A stretch of DNA of 64,000 bases from Desulfurococcaceae archaeon. GTDB taxonomy: Archaea; Thermoproteota; Thermoprotei_A; Sulfolobales; Desulfurococcaceae. This document shows, one piece after another, positions 49,983 through 59,875 of the stretch. The position numbers and the translations under genes were made by a program. A model generated the notes under the pieces. It had not been told where the DNA came from and searched no databases. It saw only the letters and a list, made by a program, of their open reading frames with translations. Numbering within the stretch: position 1 is the stretch's first letter; each line of letters starts with the position of its first letter. The DNA lies in assembly GCA_023269825.1 (NCBI GenBank), contig JAGDWI010000001.1:56492-120491 (forward strand). The letters are read 5' to 3'.

Positions 49983-51317
49983 GTGGGATTCGAGGAAGCA
50001 TCTAGAAGACTAAGAGAGAGAATAATGAGATTAGTGAGAGCAATGCGTGAGGACTATCAGAGAGCACATGAATCAGACCTCGTAATACTGAGAGAGAAAG
50101 CATTTAAGGAGTTCTACAGGGTTTCACCAATAAAACCAGTTAGTCAATCAAAGAACATTGTATTCGTTGATGCTGGTTTTCACAGTTTGAAAACAAACGT
50201 GATGTATTTATTCATCGTCTACGTCGGGAGCGCTGTTAGAACACCCTATGGTGAATTAAGGTATACTAGCCAACTAGGTGAATACGAGTTTCCGGAAGTA
50301 ATCTTCATATATGGGAGATGGGGTGAAAAAAATGGGAAACCATGGTTTACAACTAGGATAATGCCGTTATCTGAATCTAATTTACTGTTTACTGATGAAA
50401 GAGCGCAGCAGGTATCAACTAAGTTGACTGAGCACGTGAATAAACGCTTGGAGAGTATTGGAGGCGGAGTCGATACTGTGAGGCTTTACAAGCTCTTCTC
50501 GGCTGCAATGGAGTACTTGGAGGGGTTAGTGGAGATAGCATATGGTCTCTCAACAGCGAAAATTACTGGTGACTCCCTACTAGTCGTTGATGGAGGACTT
50601 GCAAGGTGGTTCACGATAAAAAGCAATATTAGGCTACTGGGTTTCGATATACTCGATGCATTATCCATATTATTGGAGGGCATGTACAGAAAGGAAGTCA
50701 TTCACGAGGAGTTAACGAGGAAAGTATATGGGTTAGTGAAAAGACCTAGGTTTACAGCGGTTGCTCGTGCACATAGTTTATTCTCAGGCCATGGGAGCAG
50801 TCAATCAGGCTTCTTCACTTATGTCTGTGAGGAATCCGTTAATAAAGCCGTTGATGTGATAAATAGTGATATGAAATCCAAGTACAGTGAATCCATATTG
50901 AAGGAAACAATACTCTTGTTTAATAGGCCTGCGACTCCAAGTAAGAATCTGTGGATTACTAGGTTTCCCATCACAACCGATGGGAACACTGTACTATTCC
51001 TAGAGGCATATAGTGGTAAACCTATCGTAGACTACGATCCAGTTGAGAGAAATGTTTTTGCTGTGAGCGAGTCAGTAAGAGAAGTTGGTGAAAGAGTGAA
51101 GAACACTGTTGGAGAAGTAATGGCCATTAGGAGTAGAACAACTGGTCTTCCACCATACGGGTTCATGGAGATAGATGAGAAAGTCAGAGTTGAATCATGG
51201 ATTGCAAACATGATTGAAGACATGATAGCTGACGCTATACGCGAGGAAGTTGGTGGAGCAGGTCATCCACTAGAACAATTATTCGGTGTCACTAGGAGGA
51301 TGCGTCTTGGATACTAG
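49983..51317 (+). CDS. nurA: NurA-like 5'-3' nuclease (assignment mainly by operon context)
   Basis: 444-aa ORF between mre11 and herA with a 5-nt gap from mre11. Acidic motif VFVDAGFHSL near the N-terminus. I cannot verify the NurA catalytic residues by eye. Confidence 0.6.
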   Translation: MGFEEASRRLRERIMRLVRAMREDYQRAHESDLVILREKAFKEFYRVSPIKPVSQSKNIVFVDAGFHSLKTNVMYLFIVYVGSAVRTPYGELRYTSQLGEYEFPEVIFIYGRWGEKNGKPWFTTRIMPLSESNLLFTDERAQQVSTKLTEHVNKRLESIGGGVDTVRLYKLFSAAMEYLEGLVEIAYGLSTAKITGDSLLVVDGGLARWFTIKSNIRLLGFDILDALSILLEGMYRKEVIHEELTRKVYGLVKRPRFTAVARAHSLFSGHGSSQSGFFTYVCEESVNKAVDVINSDMKSKYSESILKETILLFNRPATPSKNLWITRFPITTDGNTVLFLEAYSGKPIVDYDPVERNVFAVSESVREVGERVKNTVGEVMAIRSRTTGLPPYGFMEIDEKVRVESWIANMIEDMIADAIREEVGGAGHPLEQLFGVTRRMRLGY

Positions 51318-51358
51318 TTATAACCATGAATACATAAATAGCGTGTAGGGGAGGTATT

Positions 51359-53389
51359 TTGATTGAAGTAGGCTTAGTTGCTGGATGGGAAAACGAGCTG
51401 GTGGATGTAGCAATTAGCAGGGATTACTATCCCTCCTTCGGAGACCTACTATACGTCATTGACGCTGTGGGAGTTAAGAGGATCATAGTGATGGAAGTTG
51501 TGGGGATGAGTAGTCAGGGCCCTAGGCATTTCGCTAAGTTATCTACGTCATCAATGACTACTCTCATAGAATCAAGTTCCTTCGCTAAAGCCAAGTTATT
51601 CCTTGAGATAAAGTTCTCGGAGAATGGTAATGTAGAGATTTCAAAAGCTGCTCGCCCACCGAGAATGGGTTTACCAGTATACCTCGTTAGAAGAGGTGAC
51701 TACGACTCAGAGGATATAGTGGGTTACATCAGCAAGTATAGTGTAAGACCCGGTGGCGGTAACTGGGTTGGATTATTTGTCTTGAGGTCTGGTGTAGCAC
51801 ACGATAAATCAGCTGAGCTCGAGAGACATTTCATGAACGCTGTTTTCCGTGTGGACTTGAGGAGAACACTGGCTAAACACGTGCTGATAACTGGGCAAAC
51901 GGGCTCTGGTAAAACAACGGGATTGAAGGGTTGGCTGATAAGGTATGCAATGGAGTCAACTGAGAAAACTGGGTGGCTGATAATAGATAGGCATGGTGAG
52001 TATATTCCACCGGAGGGATACGTTAGAAACGATTTCTCCGGTCTACTAGTCGATGCTATCAGGGTAAACCCGTCACTAAGCGGCTCCATGGTTCGCTCAT
52101 ATAGATTCACGGTTTCAATGAGCAATAGTGTTGAAGTTGCGAGTATTCCAGGTGTGCTTGACACTTATCAAGGAGCAATAACTGCTAAGAGCATATCATT
52201 TACTGATTTCGCTGGTCTCGAGGAGGTTGGAAAGAAAGCGTGGCAAGTAGAGGAGTTCATAAATGTTGTTCTTGAAGCTATTAAGACATTAGAGCAACCA
52301 GTATCCCTGGCGCCTGCTCAACTCGTGAAGAAGCAGCTAGTTAAGTTAATTAATACTGATGAGCTAGCTATAAGTGATAGTGCTGATGGAGCTACTGGAA
52401 ACATGCTTGCATTAATACCGCTACTAGCAGATAACCTTGTCATCTACGAGGGCGTAGGGTTACCTAGGGAGGAAAAGACAGGTCTCCACAAACTCCTACT
52501 AGATAGAGGTATAGATGCCCGGACAACTAGGATGCTTAGGAGACTAGTGTTAAGTATTATGAACTGGTCCACTAAAATCGTCTCACTTGGTGGAAAACAA
52601 ATAGTGGTACTCGATGATTCCAAGAGCGTGATAAAAGTTTCTCCTACGCTCAAAAACCCAGCTCTACTAGCATGTATACTTGGAGCACTTTCATCTGCTT
52701 TCCAACAAATACTTCGCGGAGGTAAAAGCGGGCAAGCCATGTATCCATGGGAGGGGTTGTGTAGTGAGAGAGAAGCTGTGTTAGAACCAGAAACCGGGGT
52801 TGATTTATCCGAGATCGTTGAATCAGTTGACAAGGGAGACATCGTTGTACTAGATGTTTCTCAGTTAACTCCTGCACAAGCAGACTTGGTTTCTCTCACT
52901 CTTACACGCAGATTATTTGAGAAGAGGCTTAGCGAGGGCGTGGAGGTTTCCCGCGGTAAATCTGTGATAGCCATTGTTTCCGAGGAGGCTCCACTATATC
53001 TCAGCCCAGAAAGAGTTAGCTCACCGTTCAACCCATTTGCCAGAGTAGCCAGAGAGGGTAGGAAATTCAATGTCGGCTTGGTTGCAATAACTCAATTGGC
53101 TACGATGATTGAGAAACAACTATTGGCTAACTTCAACACCTTAGTCGTCTTGAGGACGAGGAGTAGTGCAGACTTGTCTTTCTACAATGATATAGGGTTA
53201 CCTGTAGAGACTCTTCCATATCTCGGAGATAGGGAGTGCTTCATTTACTCACCCGACTTACCGATTAAGGAACCAATACCAGCATATATACCAGCATGGT
53301 TCGATCTCAAGGAACAAGTCGAGGAGGCAATAGTGAACAAGAGGATTGAGGCAAAAGCCCCCAGGGAGCTCGTTGAGGATGTCGAGTAA
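51359..53389 (+). CDS. herA: HerA-type (FtsK/HerA superfamily) hexameric DNA helicase/translocase
   Basis: N-terminal HAS-barrel-like region, Walker A ITGQTGSGKTT, Walker B-like IAIVSEEAP, and AREGRKFNVGLVAITQ, which is typical of HerA. Confidence 0.8.
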   Translation: MIEVGLVAGWENELVDVAISRDYYPSFGDLLYVIDAVGVKRIIVMEVVGMSSQGPRHFAKLSTSSMTTLIESSSFAKAKLFLEIKFSENGNVEISKAARPPRMGLPVYLVRRGDYDSEDIVGYISKYSVRPGGGNWVGLFVLRSGVAHDKSAELERHFMNAVFRVDLRRTLAKHVLITGQTGSGKTTGLKGWLIRYAMESTEKTGWLIIDRHGEYIPPEGYVRNDFSGLLVDAIRVNPSLSGSMVRSYRFTVSMSNSVEVASIPGVLDTYQGAITAKSISFTDFAGLEEVGKKAWQVEEFINVVLEAIKTLEQPVSLAPAQLVKKQLVKLINTDELAISDSADGATGNMLALIPLLADNLVIYEGVGLPREEKTGLHKLLLDRGIDARTTRMLRRLVLSIMNWSTKIVSLGGKQIVVLDDSKSVIKVSPTLKNPALLACILGALSSAFQQILRGGKSGQAMYPWEGLCSEREAVLEPETGVDLSEIVESVDKGDIVVLDVSQLTPAQADLVSLTLTRRLFEKRLSEGVEVSRGKSVIAIVSEEAPLYLSPERVSSPFNPFARVAREGRKFNVGLVAITQLATMIEKQLLANFNTLVVLRTRSSADLSFYNDIGLPVETLPYLGDRECFIYSPDLPIKEPIPAYIPAWFDLKEQVEEAIVNKRIEAKAPRELVEDVE

Positions 53390-53400
53390 AGGGGTTTTAA

Positions 53401-55752
53401 TTGAGAATACTTGGTATTTACCTAGAGAATATTAGGAGCTACAAGAAAACAGTAATAATACTTCCCCCTAAAGGCATCACTGTAATACACGGTGAAGTAG
53501 GTAGCGGCAAAACAAGTCTATTAATGGCAATGGAGTTCGCTCTTCTAGGCTTGGGGAGTGGTGGAGGCGATGTATTCGACGCGTATAAGCAACCTAGAGG
53601 AGCAGACCTCTTGAGGGTTGATAGTCAGAGGGGACGTGTTAGACTCTTAGTACAAATTGGAAGCAAACTATACGTTATCGAGAGGAGAATAGAGAAGAGA
53701 GGAGACAAGTACGAGTCAACGGTTGGTATAGTAGAAGAAGCGGTTATCGAGGACGGCGAGATAAAACCGGTAAATAGGCATCTCTTTACTTCCCGCGGAG
53801 AGATCGATGACTACATTGTAAAAATACTTGGAATAAGGGAGAAGAAGAAAGAGAGAGCAACACCACTCGTATACACTACTGCGATATATGTACCGCAATT
53901 CAATGTACAGGAGGTACTCAGCCTAGATAGAGATAAGAGAATAGAGGTCATCGAGAGATCGCTGGGACTAGACAAATATAAGTTATTTAAAGCAAACGCT
54001 GAGGCTTTGCTTGATAAAATAAGAAAGGAGAAGATACGTAGTTTAACTGATCAAATTGAGAGCATGCGTAGATTACTACGAGGCAAAGACAAGGAGAAAC
54101 TATTAAAGGATAAAGAGGAAAAACAGAGAAGACTCGACGAGTTAAAGAAGGAGAGAGACAGGATAGAACAAGAGGTAAAAGCAATAGAGAAGAAGCGAGA
54201 TGAAGCACTCAATATGATCAGAGAAGTGGAGAAGAAGAAGGCAGAATTGTTAAACACAAAGAAGACTTATGAAGAGAAAACCAAGCAGTTAGCAAGGATC
54301 CGGGAGGAACTACAGATGCTGCTCAAAGAGTATGGGGGCCAGGCCAGCGTAGAAGACCTACTCAACCAGTTCAATATAAAGCTTCGGAGCCTCGGAGAGA
54401 AGAGGAAGGAATTGAATGATAAACTACTTGAACTAGAGGAGAAAGAAGAAGAAATCGCGAGGAAAATAAAAGAGAAAAACAATGAATTATTAGACCTTAA
54501 AGTCAAAGCGGGAAAAATAGAGGAGGGAATTAACGCAAAGAAGAGAGAGAAAGAGAAGCTTGTAAACGAGAAAACTAAAATACTAGACTTACTGGAGAAA
54601 GGCATATGTCCAGTCTGCGGACAAAGAATTCCGCATGATCATGGGAAAAAACTACTCGAAGAAGTAGAGCAGAGCATTACTAGTGTATGTAGTGAAATTG
54701 AACAGTTAAATAAGCGACTGCAAGAATTAAGAAGCGTCTTATTAAATATCAGTGAGGATTTGAACAAGCTAGATTCGGAGAAACAACAAGTTACGAGCGA
54801 GAGGCAGAGTATAAGGAGAGAAATAGATAACATAGATGAGGAAGCCAGAAGACTGACTAGTATACAATCGCGTATAGAACTGTTATCTAAGCAGATAAAT
54901 CAACTGGTTGAAGAACTCTCAAGGATAAATATTCATGAACACGAAGAAGAAATGCGTAGACTAGAAAACTTAGTCAAACAATACGAGAATGAACTCAGCA
55001 TCCTAGATGCAAAGATAAAGCAATCATACTTGAATCTAAGAGATATAGAGAGAGAAATGGGCAGTATAGAACAAGCTATTAAAAACATCGAGAAAGAAAT
55101 AAATGAAATTGAGGAGATCACACGTGAAATTGAGGAATATGAGAAAGAGAGAAAGAAATACGAGGAATTAAAGAGCAAGATCGAAGAAGTCGAGAGCATC
55201 GTAGACGAAGTAGAAAAAACGGTTATGAAGATACTAGTTGACGAGTTCCGAACATACTTCTATGAATTTCTGTCAAGGCTAGTTGGAGATCAACCAGTAG
55301 AAGTCATAGTGACAGATGATTTCGGGATATCACCGAGAATAAGAATAGGTGGAGCAATCTACAGTGTTTCATCGCTCAGCGGCGGGCAAAGTATAGCTGT
55401 TAGCTTAGCGTATAGATTAGCGTTAAATATGATTGTTAGAAATCACTCGCCATCACTAAAAAGAGCTGTTGTAATACTAGACGAGCCGACAACAGGGTTC
55501 AGCCGGGAAATAGTTAGAAGGCTGAGGAGTGTCCTAAGAGAGACTGGCGGTAGAGATGGACAAGTAATTGTGGTTACGCATGATAGAGAATTAATAGAGA
55601 CCGGTGACTGTAGACTTAGACTAATATTAGATCCAAGCGAGCACAAATCAATAGTAGAAACGGAAGAATGCGTATACGCAAGCCCGGATTACAGAAACCT
55701 CGTCGAGAAAATATTACTACAAGGCTTCAGTAAGCTGGAAGCAATGAACTAG
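53401..55752 (+). CDS. rad50: Rad50 SMC-like ATPase
   Basis: Walker A HGEVGSGKTS, a long Glu/Lys-rich coiled coil with a central zinc hook CPVCGQ, signature SLSGGQS, and Walker B VILDEPT. Confidence 0.9.
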   Translation: MRILGIYLENIRSYKKTVIILPPKGITVIHGEVGSGKTSLLMAMEFALLGLGSGGGDVFDAYKQPRGADLLRVDSQRGRVRLLVQIGSKLYVIERRIEKRGDKYESTVGIVEEAVIEDGEIKPVNRHLFTSRGEIDDYIVKILGIREKKKERATPLVYTTAIYVPQFNVQEVLSLDRDKRIEVIERSLGLDKYKLFKANAEALLDKIRKEKIRSLTDQIESMRRLLRGKDKEKLLKDKEEKQRRLDELKKERDRIEQEVKAIEKKRDEALNMIREVEKKKAELLNTKKTYEEKTKQLARIREELQMLLKEYGGQASVEDLLNQFNIKLRSLGEKRKELNDKLLELEEKEEEIARKIKEKNNELLDLKVKAGKIEEGINAKKREKEKLVNEKTKILDLLEKGICPVCGQRIPHDHGKKLLEEVEQSITSVCSEIEQLNKRLQELRSVLLNISEDLNKLDSEKQQVTSERQSIRREIDNIDEEARRLTSIQSRIELLSKQINQLVEELSRINIHEHEEEMRRLENLVKQYENELSILDAKIKQSYLNLRDIEREMGSIEQAIKNIEKEINEIEEITREIEEYEKERKKYEELKSKIEEVESIVDEVEKTVMKILVDEFRTYFYEFLSRLVGDQPVEVIVTDDFGISPRIRIGGAIYSVSSLSGGQSIAVSLAYRLALNMIVRNHSPSLKRAVVILDEPTTGFSREIVRRLRSVLRETGGRDGQVIVVTHDRELIETGDCRLRLILDPSEHKSIVETEECVYASPDYRNLVEKILLQGFSKLEAMN

Positions 55753-55791
55753 TGTTCTATATTCGCAGATACATCCTTAATTATTCAGAGA

Positions 55792-55956
55792 GGTTCTAAT
55801 GGTATAATTTTCTAATTGCTTTCTGATATCGTTGAAAAATATTCACATCTGTCACATGTACTTCACTGTGTATGTAGGAATGTCTATGCTGCTGCACTTT
55901 ATATGGTGGTTCTAATATCGGCTATACTGCCAACAATGTAGACGCGGTTGAAAAAT
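55792..55956. repeat. Two short motifs (GGTTCTAAT and GTTGAAAAAT), each duplicated at exactly the same 116-bp offset
   Basis: GGTTCTAAT lies at 55792-55800 and 55908-55916. GTTGAAAAAT lies at 55831-55840 and 55947-55956. The intervening 30 nt are unrelated. Confidence 0.6.
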
Positions 55957-56312
55957 CTATGGCTACTCTAGCTATGTGCTCTGAGTTGTGTTCCACGAGG
56001 CAGTCGATAGTCCTCTTAATTCTATCCTCATCAGCGTTTACTAAGTGGAGTCCACTTATCACCGCCTTTAATTTCTTGATACGGGTTAATTCTATTGAGT
56101 GCTTTATATTAATGTTACATATGCGATTGATCTTGATTTTAAGGAGCGTAAAAAGAGTTATTGGACTTTGCTTATGTGTAGTTTTCCTTTAAGAGAAGAA
56201 TCAAAGTTCACGTAAACATAAAACCAATATTTTCCATCAAGCTCGATGACGATGTTTACTCTGTATTTTCTGGAATCTTGGCGATTAGTAAAAATATAGT
56301 TGAAAATGGAAA
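55922..56312 (-). pseudogene. Decayed ORF remnants on the minus strand (two overlapping frames, no start codon)
   Basis: My own translation gives ...YRVNIVIELDGKYWFYVYVNFDSSLKGKLHISKVQ* (stop at 56158-56160). In another frame it gives ...IELTRIKKLKAVISGLHLVNADEDRIKRTIDCLVEHNSEHIARVAIDFSTASTLLAV* (stop at 55922-55924). Confidence 0.3.
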
Positions 56313-59300
56313 ATGCGGGTCTTAGAAGATCAGGGAAGGATATATTTAGAGCTCTTAATAGTTAAAAACATGAGATTAAAACCCTTTAGGTGGTATTTTC
56401 ACTTGTTTGCTACTATTACCGGAAAAGTCAAGGTAACCCCGATAAGAACGTGTTCACTACTTTTAATCTCTATGATTCTCTTCCCTTTTTTACTTGAAAA
56501 TTTAGGTATTTTTCCCGTCACAGTGGACTCAGCCAGTAAAAGTAGTGAAACTTTACCTTACCACTCCTATGTGGAGATTAGAGGCGATTTCATAGTTCTT
56601 GGAAACAACTATATTGAACTCACTATTACACTAGGCAATAATACTGGAGGAGGAATATACTCTATAAAGGATAAGCTTAGAGGAGTAGATTTTATAAGAA
56701 ATAAACAATATGTTAATATAGGATTATTTGCTCTAGAGTACTGGTATGATCCAATTAAATGGTACGCAGCTCTACTAGGTAGAAATGCAAACTTAGAGTA
56801 CACTTATTCCATTAATGAAACTGGCGCAACACTCAACTTATATTGGAGTAATTTAAGCTCAACACATGAAGAGAGAAAATTCACTGTAAATGTTCACGTT
56901 GAAATATATATCCCCTCTAACTCTAGCTTTACCTATTGGCAGATCGAATTTGAGAATAAAGATAATGTAACAATCGAGAACATACATTTCCCCACAATCG
57001 TCGGAATGGATCAGATATCCAACGAGGAAGACGGTGATTACCTAGTACTTCCGAGTTGGTCTGGAATACTGTTTAAAAACCCAATTAGGAACATGAAGAA
57101 GGGTGGAAGTATAGGTGCTGATTATCCATCGGGATTTCTCAATATGCAATTCATTGCCTACTATTCATCTAATCCTCGAAGTGGTTTATACTTAGCTAAC
57201 TACGATGAAACCGGGGCCTACCTAAAGAGATTTTCATTTAGTAGTTCTCCTATTGATAATAATATTTGGCTAGTTAATACTCACATAATCTCTCTAAGTG
57301 GGAATCAAAGTAGAGTTAGTCTCCCCTACAGAGTCGTATTAGGAATTTTTAGTGGAGACTGGTATGATGTAGCACAAATCTACAAAGAGTGGGCTAGTAA
57401 GCAGTGGTGGGCTAGGGGTAATCTAACTATAGGTAAAGATACCCCAATGTGGCTTAAGAAGAGCGGAGTAGTAATAGACTTCTTCACTAGGTACTGGGCG
57501 AGGAATTCAAGTGTATGGAATGGTCCCTACTCAAATATGCCTCCAACCGCAGAGGCCTTTAGAGCGTTCTACAATGCAACTCCAATTCTATGGTGGAGAG
57601 GGTGGGAGAAAAACGGCTTCGGTATGACGCCACCGGATTATTTACCACCATCTGAGGGGTGGAGCTCGTTTGACTCAGCAGTGCAGGGGGCTCACTATAA
57701 TGGAGGGAGAGTAATGGTCCCAGTACCCTCTATACTCACATATAGCTTTAATGCTTCAGGTTGGCAAGAAGCTGTAAACTATGCACCGAGAGATAGGTGG
57801 GGCAATTTGTACACTCAGACTTGGTATATTCATAATAATTCAGGCATAGTTGTCGAACAAGTGGGCTTTATAATGGCCCCTACAGATTTCTGGCTTAATA
57901 AAATCCTCAATATTTCACTAGAGCTAGTAAATCACGGCATAGACGTAGTTCAACTAGATGGGGGTCCTCCACCACCTTTCATAAATTACCATGGAGACCT
58001 CCCTAGAGGTGGGGGTGATTGGTGGGCCAGAGAGTACATGAGGATATATCATACTGTTCGAGAAGAAGTCAAGAGAGCTAACTCGGAGGCCACTATAGGG
58101 TCTGAGTGGCTAGTAGAGAGCTTTATACCCTACATTGACTTAGGCTGTGACGAGGCTATAGGTGGACTTGATCCTACTGGTATAGCATCTGGCGTCTTCT
58201 ATAATAGCACACTAAACTCCTATATACCCCTATGGCAGGCGGTTTATCACGAGCACATGTTACTGTACTCCTTTATCTCAATCATAGATGGCCGAGATAG
58301 TCTATACTACTTGAGAAACCTTGCTCTTTCACTCGTCTGGGGGGATTTACCCATGATCGACGCTGATCCCCAGGGCACAGGTAGTCCTTACAATCTACGC
58401 CTTTACGATCAAAAAATCCTTGAATACTCGAGGAGAATAGTAGAGGCGAGGAGTAAATACGCATATCACTACCTTGTTGAGGGAGTTATGCTGAGACCAC
58501 CGCTTGTCACGCCAAATCCTCAAATTCTAATACCTGGTGCATCGAGAATTCCGTATTCTGGGGTGGATGTAAATCCATTTTACTCGGACTCTGTATTTGC
58601 TAGTGCTTGGCTCGCTCCAGATAAAAGTGTAGGGGTAGTGGTTACAAGTATAGCACCATATAAATTGAACATCACAATACCACTAGCTGATTACAATGTG
58701 TTTCAAGAGGAAGACCTAGATGTATATATTGTTGTTAACGGCGAAGTCTACTCGAGTTTTCAGAGTAGGGGAATTCCAAGAGAAGTAGAGTTAAGCTTAG
58801 CACCCTATGATGTAGCTCTAATAGTTATTTCTCCTCATAGCTCACTACGTGCTAGGGCCGTAGAGGAGCTTCAAGAAGTCGAATATAAGTTAAGAACACT
58901 AAATTTGCCTAGAGATAGCACCGTATATAACTGGCTGAATTTAGCTATATTTAAATTTAAAAACAACGACTTTGAAGAATCACTAAATATCTTAGTAAAA
59001 TTAATGGAGAACATGACAACACTTTCCCTTATTGTAGAGCAAATTCACGCGTTAAACACTACGATAATAGAGAGTTACGCTAATGCATCTACTCCAGCAT
59101 TAAGAGGGCTGTTAGACATTGCAAGCAACCTCCTTGAGGAGGCTCTACTAGAAGCATTAAATCTCAATTTCACAGCCTCCGAGATATTGATAAACGCCTC
59201 AAAAGAGAAACTAAGCGGCTTTTACGCTCTTCAATACCTAACGCTTGAGGCACAGAATACTCTGAATGTGCTACTACAAACACTCTACACGCTCAATGAA

Positions 59301-59672
59301 ACCATAACTTCTACTGAAGGCAGAGAGACTCTAGAGCATGCGGGAAAACTGCTTGGAGAAGCCGAAGAGTTCATTAATAATGGAGAAGTAGAAAGAGCTA
59401 TGCAACTACTCTCTGAGGCGAAATTACTAATGAAGGAGGCTGTAGAGAAATCAACAGTAAAAACGGTTACAGTTACTACGGTGGAAACAGTTACAGTTAC
59501 CATAGAGAGAACAATTGTGTCTACGGAAACTTCTCCGACAACAATAACTTCTCTAATAACAACAATAACAATACAAGGAGGGGTTGTAGAGTGGAGTAGA
59601 ACAATTGCTCTCTCACTAATACTACTCATCGTAGGTATTATAGCGGGGAGACTCTTAGGAAAGAAGAAATAA
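56313..59672 (+). CDS. Very large surface protein: N-terminal signal anchor, glycoside-hydrolase-like ectodomain, helical stalk, Thr/Val-rich linker and C-terminal TM anchor
   Basis: 1119 aa, with a likely start at M20 (56370, MRLKPFRW...). There are many N-x-S/T sequons. The helical region (approximately residues 850-1050) is followed by TVKTVTVTTVETVTVTIERTIVSTETSPTTITSLITTITIQ, a TM helix and GRLLGKKK. The catalytic family is not identifiable by eye. Confidence 0.7.
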   Translation: MRVLEDQGRIYLELLIVKNMRLKPFRWYFHLFATITGKVKVTPIRTCSLLLISMILFPFLLENLGIFPVTVDSASKSSETLPYHSYVEIRGDFIVLGNNYIELTITLGNNTGGGIYSIKDKLRGVDFIRNKQYVNIGLFALEYWYDPIKWYAALLGRNANLEYTYSINETGATLNLYWSNLSSTHEERKFTVNVHVEIYIPSNSSFTYWQIEFENKDNVTIENIHFPTIVGMDQISNEEDGDYLVLPSWSGILFKNPIRNMKKGGSIGADYPSGFLNMQFIAYYSSNPRSGLYLANYDETGAYLKRFSFSSSPIDNNIWLVNTHIISLSGNQSRVSLPYRVVLGIFSGDWYDVAQIYKEWASKQWWARGNLTIGKDTPMWLKKSGVVIDFFTRYWARNSSVWNGPYSNMPPTAEAFRAFYNATPILWWRGWEKNGFGMTPPDYLPPSEGWSSFDSAVQGAHYNGGRVMVPVPSILTYSFNASGWQEAVNYAPRDRWGNLYTQTWYIHNNSGIVVEQVGFIMAPTDFWLNKILNISLELVNHGIDVVQLDGGPPPPFINYHGDLPRGGGDWWAREYMRIYHTVREEVKRANSEATIGSEWLVESFIPYIDLGCDEAIGGLDPTGIASGVFYNSTLNSYIPLWQAVYHEHMLLYSFISIIDGRDSLYYLRNLALSLVWGDLPMIDADPQGTGSPYNLRLYDQKILEYSRRIVEARSKYAYHYLVEGVMLRPPLVTPNPQILIPGASRIPYSGVDVNPFYSDSVFASAWLAPDKSVGVVVTSIAPYKLNITIPLADYNVFQEEDLDVYIVVNGEVYSSFQSRGIPREVELSLAPYDVALIVISPHSSLRARAVEELQEVEYKLRTLNLPRDSTVYNWLNLAIFKFKNNDFEESLNILVKLMENMTTLSLIVEQIHALNTTIIESYANASTPALRGLLDIASNLLEEALLEALNLNFTASEILINASKEKLSGFYALQYLTLEAQNTLNVLLQTLYTLNETITSTEGRETLEHAGKLLGEAEEFINNGEVERAMQLLSEAKLLMKEAVEKSTVKTVTVTTVETVTVTIERTIVSTETSPTTITSLITTITIQGGVVEWSRTIALSLILLIVGIIAGRLLGKKK

Positions 59673-59875
59673 AAGATCCCACACCTGGCTTCATTTTCAT
59701 GTTAAGCGATTTCCTCGCGGACACGTTATCATATGCCTCCTAGAACAAAGTACTGAAAGAGAGAAACCTGAGGGTTTATGAGAGTTTTCATTTTCTTAAA
59801 AGGAGAAATCAACAAGTAGTGAAAAAGAGAAGACTGATCATTAACCCATTGAGGCACGTGGGTATTTAAACCCCG

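Noticed and set aside
53716-55646. Seven antisense ORFs (60-112 aa, Ser/Leu/Phe-rich) inside rad50.
   Set aside because: They are mirror images of the GAA/AAG-rich coiled-coil coding region of rad50. Their low-complexity S/L/F composition has no motifs. They are an artefact of purine-rich sense codons lacking antisense stops.
59801-59825. AAAAGGAGAAATCAACAAGT resembles AAAAGAGGAAATCAAGCAGT at 61948-61967; considered as a second att candidate.
   Set aside because: Only about 16/20 identity in purine-rich, low-information sequence. The orientation relative to the two integrase genes is not consistent with a simple att pair.
59862-59873. GTATTTAAACCC repeated at 59862-59873 and 63359-63370; considered as attL/attR for a 3.5-kb element.
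   Set aside because: A single 12-bp repeat within 4 kb of AT-biased sequence is about as likely as not by chance. The flanking similarity needs indels. No tRNA or integrase-fragment logic supports these as junctions.
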